DNA of 63,047 bases, filler included, from Octopus bimaculoides (taxonomy: Eukaryota), in NCBI RefSeq assembly GCF_001194135.2. It is 6 parts of 6 records of this genome, joined end to end, with 100 filler letters (N's around TTAATTAATTAA, not from the genome) between each part and the next. Parts side by side here need not be neighbours in the genome. Positions count along the whole stretch, not along the records: positions 1 to 4,878 come from NC_068991.1; positions 4,979 to 13,777 come from NW_026335278.1; 4 more parts are not named here. The stretch is one strand, 5' to 3'. Below, in pieces: positions 1-11,050 of this stretch. The notes beneath the pieces are model-generated. The model ran no database searches. It was not told where the DNA came from and worked only from the letters and a program-made list of their open reading frames with translations. Position 1 is the first letter of the stretch; the number at the start of each line of letters is the position of its first letter. The position numbers and the translations under genes were made by a program.

Positions 1-177
1 GAAAGCAGTTTAGATGCAGGGAAGATAGGCATCAATTACGTGGGGGCTAGTAGTAGTAGTAGTAGCAGTGGTGGTGGTGGTGGTGGTCTGTGTGTCTGCG
101 TATGACTGCTGGAGAAGATGTCAAAGTTTTATACATTTCAAACGCGCCATATTACATCCTTCCAAACACGAACGGAA

Positions 178-286
178 TTATATATATACATATATATAAT
201 ATATATATATATATATATAATATATATACATATATATATACATATGTGTGTGTATGTTTGTATATACATATACATATGTATGTATG

Positions 287-368
<82 letters not shown>
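178..368. repeat. (TA)n-rich compound microsatellite
   Basis: Direct inspection. Confidence 0.95.
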
Positions 369-374
<6 letters not shown>

Positions 375-799
375 ATCATTACATCTTAATTAAAAATATT
401 TTTATAACGTTATATGAAAAGAGAACTAATACAGAAAGAAAGACAAAAAGACATAGAGAAGAGAAGAAAAGAAAGAAAGAATGAAAAGAATGAAAGGAAA
501 GGAGGAAGAACATTACGAAAAGCCATCTATTTATGCAGTCGAAATAAGGTCTCTATTACTCGTCGTCATAATTAGTGATTTAATGATACTCGCTAGAAAG
601 CTGCAATTTAAAAAGGGAATTTGAACTCTGTGTTTACAAGTGTGTCATATAGAGGAGATCATTGGTTTAAATGGATCATGGCTATTTAAGATGACCGACT
701 TGATAGGACAAGCTTGCCAGGCGAAAGAAGAATAAGTTGCTTCAGTAAAATCCTGGAACTCCAGGAAACTTATGATTTGCGTCAGCAAAACTTAATCAG

Positions 800-839
<40 letters not shown>

Positions 840-1239
840 GAGAATGAAAGAGACAGAGAATTCGTGGGTGATTAGATAGAGGTAATTAGGTTAGGGCGTT
901 AGGTAGGCAGCCACGCTGTACTTGCTTAGAGTGTGTGCGCTCTGAGTTCAAACCTTGATGATGTCAAACTTGTCTTTCATCATTACGGAGGCAAAAATAT
1001 AGAGAAAGTTAGAATGAAAGTCATATGATCGGCTCCTTGCATTCCATGTTCAAATCCTTCCATTGTCTACTTAATTTCGAATCACCTGGTCTGACATCAC
1101 TGTTTTGCAATTTAGTTGTTTTTAACGGAGTTCACTTTGTTGCAAGTGTTCTTGCCAGGCCTCATGTTTCGGGGGAGAGTCCTTTCCTTCTTCCTCCTGA
1201 AAAACTGTAATGGGTTACGGGCATTGTACATTGTCTTTT

Positions 1240-1545
1240 GACTGTCATTTTATTATTTTTAGCCAGTCCTCGCGACTCTGACTGGCATGACTTGATAAGC
1301 TTTCTCCATACTGGTCGGCTTTTCGCTTTGAGTTTACCATTTATTATGATGAATTCCTTTCAACTTCATATTCCTTTTTGCAGTATCTTTGAATCTCAGT
1401 TGAGGTCTTCCATGGTTTCTTTTTGCCTTTCATAGATGGGAGTAAATGAGTTGTCTGGGGAGTCTGCTGTTGTCCATCTTGTGTACGTGTCCCAGCCAAC
1501 GTAAATATATTTCATTGGAGATTTCCATCATAGGAGGTAGATAAG
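1240..1545 (-). mobile_element. RTE/BovB-like LINE, degenerate 3' ORF fragment
   Basis: Minus strand translates LRWLGHVHKMDNSRLPRQLIYSHL*KAKRNHGRPQLRFKDTAKRNMK, the RTE C-terminal motif; internal stop. Confidence 0.75.
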
Positions 1546-2039
1546 CACATCGGAGGGTCTCTTCATTCTCCTCTGTCTAAAAGATTAATAAAGACTTTGA
1601 TTATAGCATGAATAATATGGGCTCACTTTTCGTGAAATCGCTGATTACGAGAGAGTTGAAAAAATAGAAAGTGTTATAGCACTTTGGATGCAAAATGACT
1701 AAGCAAAAAGTGAAAAACTGGGAAGATGATTCGTGTAAAGAGCAGCCAGTGATAAGTGGCGCGATTACAACGAGAGGTCAAAATTCGGGAGAAAGTAAAG
1801 AATGGGAAAGTTTGGTACAAAGGGAAAAACTATTCGTAACTAAGTCCAGATCAAATGAAAGGGGAAGTGATGTTAGTTTGAAGTAAATTTGAATCTTGTC
1901 ATCATCTGCTTGCATCATACTCTTAGACTTGTGTTTCTGTTACATCTGTTTATCATCTTTTATGTTAGGTGGGGGTGGTCATGCAATGGTTAAGATTTCT
2001 CCATACTTAATGACAACACTTGCTTTGTGTTTAATATTG

Positions 2040-2250
2040 ATTTCAACTTTTGGCAAAAGGCTAGCATGTATGGGGGAAGGGACTAAGTCGATTACATAGA
2101 CGCCAATATTCAACTGGTAGTTATTTCATCGACCCCGAAAGGATGAAAGGAAAAATCGACCTCGGTGGAATTTGAACTCCGAACGTAAAGACGAACGAAA
2201 TGCCGCTAAGCATTTTGCCCAACGTGCTAACGATTCTGTCAGCTCGTTGC
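2040..2250 (-). mobile_element. SINE family A
   Basis: Collinear with 24391-24623 through the head and body. Confidence 0.8.
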
Positions 2251-3147
2251 CTTACTTTGTGTTAATATTGCTCTTCTAGATCAATTACTCTCTGGAATTC
2301 AACTCCACGCTCACGTTGTTCTTACAATGGTTCTATTTGAACATCAAATGCATTAATTCTCACCAGTCTCAGATGGGCAGCTACTATCACGGATAAATCT
2401 TTACCTCCTCTTTTGACTAATATGTAACAGAAAATAGCAACGTGAGATTTTGTTAGTCAACAATGTAATAAAAAAAGTGTCTGCGATATGGAATTGACAA
2501 CAATGAATAATTTATCTCCTAGTATTGTATCTGATGAAATTTTAATTAAAACAGATCATTACAAAAATATTAATGACTCTTTTTGTAATTTTTTAAAAAT
2601 AAAAATGATAAATTTAATATTCTAGGCTAAACACATCACATGATGTGAGGTCAACATAATGAACTATTTCTGCCATTTGACATCCAGCTATTATAATAAA
2701 GTCATGCTAGACACAGCTCACATCCTACGCATGGCACTTCCAATTCAATTGCACAAATCACTCTGTACACATTATGCATACCACATTGGACATTCTCTAT
2801 ACAAGCAAATTTAATAAAAATAATATAACACATAATCTAAGCATTAACCACCCAGCATTAAAATATATATCTTAAGTCACTCAATACATACAAAACAGAT
2901 ACCACCCCGGCATAAATAGCACAGTACGTTGTACATATTGGTTTCAAATTTTGGCAGACGACCAGTATATTCGAGGTTGAGGGCAAGACTATTACGTCGA
3001 CCCCCCAGTGCTCATTTGGGTCTTATTCTTATCGGATCCAGTGTTCAACTGCAGCTTATTTACCTTGGCTCCGAAAGGACGAAAGGTAAAGTAGACCTCG
3101 GCAGAATTTGAACTCAGAACGTAACGTGGGAAGAAATGTCGCAAAGT

Positions 3148-3480
3148 TCAAGGTGTTTGAAAAGTCTATGTCACATTCTGAGAACTCTTATATCATGAAC
3201 TACAAATTGTAGCATGATTGAACTAGTACCATTTAAAATATAAAAGTGTCAAGTTTCTCCTGGTAATTTAATTTTAATTTAATCAATTAAATTTAATTTT
3301 GTGTTTTGTCTCTGTTCAGATCCAATAATGTCATTCACGAAGCAAGAGAAGTCATTTTGTTTTCTAGAATGTGCTAAAACTGAATCATGAACACGTGTTC
3401 AACGCAACGGTTACCAAGCAGACAACGGGCAGACGTTCGATTTTCAATTGGCATGCAAAATTGAAGGAGTAGTTTTCTTA
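3148..3480 (+). mobile_element. Degenerate Tc1/mariner-type element, left end and transposase N-terminus
   Basis: caaggtgtttgaaaag TIR-like start. ATG at 3328 gives MSFTKQEKSFCFLECAKTES*TRVQR, resembling the N-terminal HTH of Tc1-like transposases. Confidence 0.45.
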
Positions 3481-4161
3481 GAGTTCTTAGAATGGGGCAT
3501 AAACTTTTGAAACACTGTATTTTGTTCGGCGCGTAACGATTCTGCCAGCTCGTCGCCTCATATACGTTGTACATATTGTGTTTAACAAACAGACTAATCA
3601 TGAAAATAACACCAAGAATAAAACAAATGCTCAACAAATGAAAATAAATGTAGCATAAGTACACAACCGTAAATGGCCTAAAGAAACTACTGTATATACC
3701 TTAGAAACACACACACACATACATGCAAGTATATATATATATATATATATATATNNNNNNNNNNNNNNNNNNNNNNNNNNNNNNNNNNNNNNNNNNNNNN
3801 NNNNNNNNNNNNNNNNNNNNNNNNNNNNNNNNNNNNNNNNNNNNNNNNNNNNNNNNNNNNNNNNNNNNNNNNNNNNNNNNNNNNNNNNNNNNNNNNNNNN
3901 NNNNNNNNNNNNNNNNNNNNNNNNNNNNNNNNNNNNNNNNNNNNNNNNNNNNNNNNNNNNNNNNNNNNNNNNNNNNNNNNNNNNNNNNNNNNNNNNNNNN
4001 NNNNNNNNNNNNNNNNNNNNNNNNNNNNNNNNNNNNNNNNNNNNNNNNNNNNNNNNNNNNNNNNNNNNNNNNNNNNNNNNNNNNNNNNNNNNNNNNNNNN
4101 NNNNNNNNNNNNNNNNNNNNNNNNNNNNNNNNNNNNNNNNNNNNNNNNNNNNNNNNNNNNN

Positions 4162-4204
<43 letters not shown>

Positions 4205-4711
4205 AAGGCTTCTTTCAGTTTCCATCTACAAAATTCACTCACAAAGCTTTGGTAGGCCCGAGGCTATAGTAGAAGACACTTGTCCAAGTTGTCACGCAGT
4301 GGAACTGAACCCGGAACCATGTGGCTAGGAAGCAAGCTTCTTACCTCACAGCCATATATATGTGTGCATGTGTGCGTGAATGTGTGATATTTATCTTCGT
4401 TTTCTCTCCAAGTCTTTTGTTCTTTTGTTAGTGTGTCAGGCACGAGCAATTTTGAATCATGCGTAATGGCGGTGATTGTTCGTTTTTATAACTCTTGACC
4501 GATGTTATAAGATATATTCATGGACAGAGAAAAACACATACCCCTCCCCCACACACTCATATATCAAAGCGGTATTGACCAAGAACCTCCCTCATACTAT
4601 TTTGGAATGATCTTTGCATATCTTTCTTCAGTCATTTTTCCTTGTCTTCATTTTAGCTTTTCTTATGTTTGTAGATATAACATGAAACCATTAAGATCCA
4701 AGGATTTCTTG

Positions 4712-4764
<53 letters not shown>

Positions 4765-4978
4765 ATATATATATAATTGTGTTTATTATGCATGTGTGTG
4801 TGTGTGTGTGTGTATGTGTAGCATTTCAACCACATGCTTGTATTTGTTAGTTAAGTGTGCACCAATATGAACCGTGTTNNNNNNNNNNNNNNNNNNNNNN
4901 NNNNNNNNNNNNNNNNNNNNNNTTAATTAATTAANNNNNNNNNNNNNNNNNNNNNNNNNNNNNNNNNNNNNNNNNNNN

Positions 4979-5322
4979 GTGACTGCTGAGGACATGCGTA
5001 AACTCGCACGGAATGAAGCCAGTATGCTCCACTGAATGTGTAATGTAAATGTGCATACCCGTCAGAGTGTAAGTATCTTGAGAGAAAAGCTGAACGTAAG
5101 AAGCGTCAGTAGTGGTGTGCAAGAGAGACGATTACGTTGGTTTGGACATGTGGTGAGAATGAATGAGGATAGCTGCGTGAAAAAGTGCCACTCCCTAACA
5201 GTTGAGGGAACCCGTGGAAGAGGTAGGCCCAGGAAGACCTGGGCTGAGGTGGTGAGGCAAGACCTTCGAACATTGGGCCTCACCGAGGCGATGACTACTG
5301 ACCGAGACCTTTGGAAATGTGG
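4979..5322 (+). mobile_element. RTE-clade LINE, 3' ORF fragment
   Basis: RRLRWFGHVVRMNEDSCVKKCHSLTVEGTRGRGRPRKTWAEVVRQDL (ORF 5036-5326); bounded by a gap on the left. Confidence 0.85.
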
Positions 5323-5324
5323 TT

Positions 5325-5446
5325 AATATCCAAGCAAGGTGTATACAGCAGGTTAGTCTTCAGGTCATAGGTATCTTGATTAACCTTCATTTAATCCAGA
5401 TACCCTTGGCCCGAAAAGTGTGTGGTATACACCTCACTTGGATATT
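5325..5446. mobile_element. Short foldback/MITE-like element
   Basis: 22-bp terminal inverted repeat (aatatccaagcaaggtgtatac / gtatacacctcacttggatatt) plus an inner 14-bp inverted repeat; related half copy at about 46878-46945. Confidence 0.55.
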
Positions 5447-5614
5447 TACTACTTCTGAGGTTCTGTTCACTATGAAACATATGTTACCCAAATCTTATCT
5501 ACTTCATTCCTTAGCTCTTATATATATATATATATACATATTCTTTTATTCTTTTAATGGTTTCTGTCAATGAACTGCGGCCATGCTGGGGCACTGCCTT
5601 GATTTAATTTTTTT

Positions 5615-7460
5615 TAGTTGCATTATTATTGAAAGTTGGTCAATGATAGAGTTTGTGGTTGCTGATCTCCCCCTGAGTGTATCCTTGAATGGTTGGTTGG
5701 TCCGGTATTGTCATTAGGAGTGCATCCAATACGTTTTTGAAAGCTTCAGTGGTGGTCCCTTTTCTATTTCTAATCTCTTTGGGTAAGCAGTTGAATACAT
5801 GAGGATCTCTGAGTATTAGACTGGTACAGTAGGGTGTTTTTTCTCATGCAGATGGTATACTTGGGAGCTGACAGTACCTACCAGTTCAAGTGTTAAAATT
5901 TGCTTTAATGCCGATGTTTGGAACATGCCTCTCTAGGATCTTCCATACATATATAATAGTATATCTCACTCTTCAACGTTCAAGGGAGTAGAGATGCAGA
6001 GCTTTCAGGCATTCCCAGAAATTAAGGCCATTACCTGAAGTTATTTTACTGGTGAATGTTCTTTGTAACCCTTCAATTTCTTCTAAGAGACTGGGTGAAT
6101 TTGGAGACCAAAGCTGTGAGCAGTAATTTAATCTGCTCAGAAGAATGGTTTTCCATAGAGTTAGCATAACTACTGGTTCTCTTGTCATGAAACTTCGTAG
6201 GATCCATCCTATGAGATGTCTGCATTTAGAGGTCAGTTTGGTGATGTGGCTGATGAAAGATGTATCATTGGACATGATTATTCCTAATGAAGGGCCCGAA
6301 ATTTTGGTTATATTAAATCTCATTATTTTTATCCATCCATTGATAAATGATGTTTAAGTCAATTTGGAGTGTGATGGCATATTCTGGAGTTTGGATAGCC
6401 ATTGATATTTTGTATTGTCAGTGTAATTCATTAGGTTGGCCAATTGCACTTGCGAGCTTATGCCTGATAGGGTTATGGTAAATAATAATGGTCCTAGAAC
6501 CATACCCTGAGGTATGCCACTTATTACAGGTGATTTTTGCTGAGAGATAACCATTTGCAGCAACAGATTGATTCCTATCCTATAGGAAATGAAAGAACCA
6601 TTATCCAAGTTTTCCTATGAAACCAAGATTCCTTATCCTATGACAGGTGACTCCATGATCAATCTTGTCAAACGCTTTAGCAAAATCAAGGTATATGCAG
6701 TTAGTGACCTTTCCATTCAGGAGATTATTGAGGATAATGTTATGGTGTTGTAATAGTTGTGTCAGGCAACCTCATCCAGTCCGAAAACCATGCTGTGTAT
6801 TATCTGAGAGGTTGTTTTCTTCAAGTTATTCTTTTTCAGACAATTTTAGGTGTGTGAGATGTTATGGATAGGTGTTACTGTTGCTTCTTTCACTAGTTCT
6901 GGGAATATGTCATTTTCAAGTGACTTTTGAAATAGTTACTTCAATGGCTTGGTGAGGCTGTTTTTGCAAGTTTTCAATAATATGGCTGGGAGACCATCTG
7001 GTCCTGGTGTTAAAATTGAATCTAGATCATTAATAGCTGTAACTATGTCTTCTTCCTTAATATCTAGAATCTCTAGATGTGTCTGTGCAGTTGAATTCTG
7101 GGGATCAAAGAATTCCCTTGGATTATGCACTATTTTGTCAATCATAGGTTGAGAGAAAGCATTGTTGTAAAGTTGACTCAAGAGTGTGCATATCTGTGGT
7201 GAAGCATTAGTATCTGATCCATTTTGGTCTATTAGTGGGCCGATCTGGTTATGTGTTGATGATTTTTGTATAGAAAAGTGGAAAAAGAGCTTCAGATGAG
7301 TTTTTTTTGTATTTTCCACTGCTCGATGTTCCTTGAGCAAAGTTTCTTTTTCATAAGACATTTTGAGGTTTAGTTCAATGTTCCTTATTTTCTTACTTTT
7401 TCTTTGTAATCTCGTCTGTTGGGAGAGTTAGGTTCTTCAATTGTTTTGTCACTTTGGTTC
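5615..7460 (-). mobile_element. CR1/L2-group LINE, degenerate reverse transcriptase and C-terminal region
   Basis: Minus-strand pieces TPGPDGLPAILLK, SGIPQGMVLGPLLF, YTDNTK, LNYCSQLWSP, IEGLQRTFT, LHLYSLER and LDALLMTIPDQP; frameshifts and stops. Confidence 0.88.
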
Positions 7461-7689
7461 TGTTACACATTAGTGTCCGTCTATCCATATAAACATCCCT
7501 ATTTCTGCAATTTTTTGTAGAAATAGGGATGTTTATATGGAGCATGCTTTTGACAGATCATGGTTGTCTGGTTGTACAGAAACTTCATTCCCTCATTAAC
7601 ATTAAGAAGTGATGCCAGACAAAAAGAAAAGCTTAGTTTTTGCACCTAAAGGCATCATAGAAATAATAAGCTATGGACATATTAGAGGT

Positions 7690-8790
7690 GCAGCAATATC
7701 AGAGGAAGGTTAACAGGGAAAATAGCCATTGTGTGTGGAAGACACACTGGTACAATAAACACCAAAAATGTACAGAAAATAAACTGCCAAGGGTATAAGC
7801 TTCTGTTATCTAGGTGACCAAGTTAGTAGCAGCGGTGGATGCTCCAAGAGTGTAGCTGTGAGAATAAGAATAGGCTGGGCAAAGTTCAGAGACCTCCTAC
7901 CTCTGCTGGCAACAAAGGGCCTCACTCTCAGAATGAAAGGCTTATTGTATAATACCTATGTGTGAACAGCTATGCTACACAGCAGTGAAACATGGGCTGT
8001 GACAGTTGAGGACATGCGTGGACTTGAAAGAAATGAAGCCAGTATGCTTCGCTAGATGTGCAATGCCAGTGTGCATGTTCAACAGAGTGTATGCATCTTG
8101 AGAGAAAAGTTGGGTATAAGAGGCATCAGGTGTAGTGTCCAAGAGAGATGACAGTGATGGTATGGTCATGTGATGCGTATGGATGAGGATAGCTGTGTAA
8201 AGAGGTGTCAGTCTCTAACAGTGGAAGGAGCCTGTGGTAGAGGTAGACCCAAGAAGACATGGGACGAAGTGGTGAAGCATGCTCTTCTAACTTTAGGTCT
8301 CAAAGAGGCAATGACTGGTGACTGCGACCTTTGGCATTATGCTGTGCTTCAGAAGACCCATCAAACTAAGTGAAATCATAGTCATAGCTGATGGCACATA
8401 AAGTGCACCTTTTGAGTGTTGGGCCTCACTGAGGCAAAGTGGCTGATGCTGGGGGCATGTGAAAAGCTCCTTTCGAGCGTTGAGTCTCAAGGACGCCATG
8501 ATCAAGACCTTTGGCATTATGTTGTACTTGAGAAGAAGAACCATCAAGCCAAGTAAAATCACAGTCGTGGCAGATACTGGTATCATGCAAATGGCACTTG
8601 TGCCGGTGGGACATAAAAGCACCCATTAGACTCTTAGAGTGGTTAGCATTAGGAAAGGCATCCAGCTGCAGAAAACTACGCCAAATCAGTTTGGAGTCTG
8701 GTGCAGCCTTCCATGTTACTGGCCCTGGTCAAACCGTCCAACCTATGCCAGCATGGACAATGGATATTAAACAATGATGATGATGATGTT
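7690..8790 (+). mobile_element. 5'-truncated RTE LINE with its 3' UTR and (GAT)n tail
   Basis: WYGHVMRMDEDSCVKRCQSLTVEGACGRGRPKKTW, stop at 8371-8373, then a 3' UTR with internal duplication ending ...ccaacctatgccagcatggacaatggatattaaacaatgatgatg. Confidence 0.85.
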
Positions 8791-9495
8791 TCAGCAAGCT
8801 TATAAAAGCCTTAGAATTAAGCCCTCCAAAGAGACCATTCTTATTGCAGCTGCAGCCCTTGTATTTTTAGATCCTTGATGAATATTGTTTCATTGAAATT
8901 CAATTTTACTCCTCTACTTTCTCTCTAAGAAATTATTCTCACTATTAAAAGGCAATTATGATTTTATTTATATGAGATATTGCAGCTCTCACCTTTTACA
9001 AGTTCACATTTTGCTTGATTTACATACAAAACAATAAATTGTTACATATATATCAAAAGTGTTTAATGTTAGTAATAAATATTGTTGATGATAATTCTTT
9101 CTCTTATTAATTATTTAAATCATTGAATTTGATATGATTACAAATATTAACAGCTACCATTCATTTACTTCTGAACCATTTTGATGCCAACCTACCCTAC
9201 TTGAATTCTTTGTTTTAAAGTGGTCTAAATGAAAAACCTTTCATTAAGATTCCAGAGTTATTTAATAAATGCTTCATCATTCTCTAAATTAATTGTAATG
9301 AAGACATTGTATTTCAACAAAAATATTCCAAGAAATATTTCAGTCACCATTCTTTGAGGAATAGCTTGGATCTTAAAATGTCAAGTAATTCCAATTTTTC
9401 TTCCTCTGTTTCAGCACATTTCATTTGTTAATGTCTCACAACTACTCTACCATCTTTCTGATTTTTTAAAAATTATTTTCTTCTTTCTTTTTTAG

Positions 9496-9728
9496 CTTCT
9501 GTGTGGAAAATAGAATTAACCTCACAACCCAGTCTAACAAGAAATACGATAGTAATAAATGTAATTCTTGGAGTGCATGGCAGTGGAAGATATTCTTTAC
9601 ATCATCTAACATTAAAAAAGTCAGTGCATCTCCCCACATTTGCTGATTTTACCAATATTGGAAATATAAGAACTAGTGAGATTCATATGTACTTCAGTCA
9701 CCCTCACGAAGATTTTCACATATTCAAA
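9496..9728 (+). CDS. Candidate internal coding exon of an unidentified gene (SVWKIELTSQPSLTRNTIVINVILGVHGSGRYSLHHLTLKKSVHLPTFADFTNIGNIRTSEIHMYFSHPHEDFHIFK)
   Basis: Strong acceptor (ttcttctttcttttttAG), AAA|GTAAGA donor, 77 open codons in AT-rich unique sequence, phase 1 to phase 0. No partner exon identified. Confidence 0.45.
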
Positions 9729-9781
9729 GTAAGAATTCTGTCTTTTATCTTTTCTGTTCTATTTTTTTGTCATTGTTAAAG

Positions 9782-9975
9782 TCCTGGTTGGGCTTGCTTG
9801 ATTGGATCAAGAAAGAAAGACATTCCAGCCATGACCATCATGTTAGTTTCTTAGATGCATGCACCCAAAGGCTTTATTCAGTGTGTCCTTCTTCTCTAAG
9901 ACAGTAGGATGTGATTTAAAAGAGATTTAGCATTTATTTCTAGCAAGTCAACCAGTCAGATAGAGGTCTCCCACA
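9782..9975 (-). mobile_element. Dispersed short retroposon fragment (related copy at about 53755-53935, +)
   Basis: The two loci share an aligned run (...ctagaaata...aaatc...gg(a/c)t(a/g)gaatg...) in opposite orientation. Confidence 0.4.
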
Positions 9976-10068
9976 TTAAAGGGAGTTATTCTCTGTATGT
10001 CATTGTGTATGTACTTGCACACATACTTGTGTGTATGCAAATGTACATTTGTGTTTTTCTGTTTATAT

Positions 10069-10146
<78 letters not shown>

Positions 10147-10967
10147 NNNNNNNNNNNNNNNNNNNNNNNNNNNNNNNNNNNNNNNNNNNNNNNNNNNNNN
10201 NNNNNNNNNNNNNNNNNNNNNNNNNNNNNNNNNNNNNATATATGTATGTATATATGTATCTTCTATCTTTTCTCTTTTCAAAGAAAATATTTCTCTCAGC
10301 ATTCACTATTTTCCTCTCATTCTGATCTAACTACCCTCCATGTTTTGTTTTTGTTCAGTTTCCTTATATGTCTCCACTCTCCTATTTTTGTTTCCAGCTT
10401 TGACTCTACATAAATCCTAAATTTTATCTTAGAATTTATGGGAGCAACTGTCTTTGAAAACAGACTCATATTGTTGTTGAATGCTCGAAATGAGGAGTAG
10501 ATAGACAGCAGACAACTGTAGACAGGTTGTTTCTCTGTGTTTACTTGTCCTGATTCCATTTTTGTTTCTCTTGTTTACGTATTTAACAAGTTTGTCTACA
10601 TATTTCATGTTGTTTACACAGTTGGTGTTGTCCTGTATGCATATATACATATATATACATATATTATTTTTTATTATTATTATATATATATGAATAAATT
10701 AAGAAATGGAGTCAAATGCAGGTGTTATTCAAATCGTTTGAATGATCAAACACCTGTGTTTGACTCCATTTGTTAATTTATCTACGTTATACAGAAACAT
10801 TTCACTTAACCCTGAAATTGCTACCTCTATAAGTAGGCTGTAATATCCTTGGCACTTATGTGAATTTTTGCTACCCTGGTAACTATTTATTTTTTCCTTG
10901 TTATTTCTACAAACTGAAAAAATATACCTACATTAATATATATACATATATATATATGTATCATCAC

Positions 10968-11050
10968 CATTGTTTAACGTCTGCTTTCCATGCTAGCATG
11001 GGTTGGATGATTTGACTGAGGACTGGCGAACCAGATGGCTGAACCAGGCT
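10968..11050 (-). mobile_element. RTE 3'-UTR tail fragment
   Basis: Matches the tail at 35485-35650 in reverse (tttaacgtctgctttccatgctagcatgggttggatgatttgactgagg). Confidence 0.7.

Noticed and set aside
90-484. Long YI/IY-, ER/LS-, HT/CV-, poly-M-, poly-V- and X-rich ORFs here and throughout the ORF track
   Set aside because: Translations of di- and tri-nucleotide microsatellites and N gaps; no splice or homology support.
2447-2627. About 60 stop-free codons in AT-rich sequence (DFVSQQCNKKSVCDMELTTMNN...)
   Set aside because: No splice sites, start context or recognisable motif; within chance expectation for the window.
4923-4934. TTAATTAATTAA centred in 100-bp gaps (also at 13822, 26086, 52115, 61668)
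   Set aside because: Identical 12-mer flanked by 44 Ns each side with stops in all six frames; an artificial assembly spacer, not biology.
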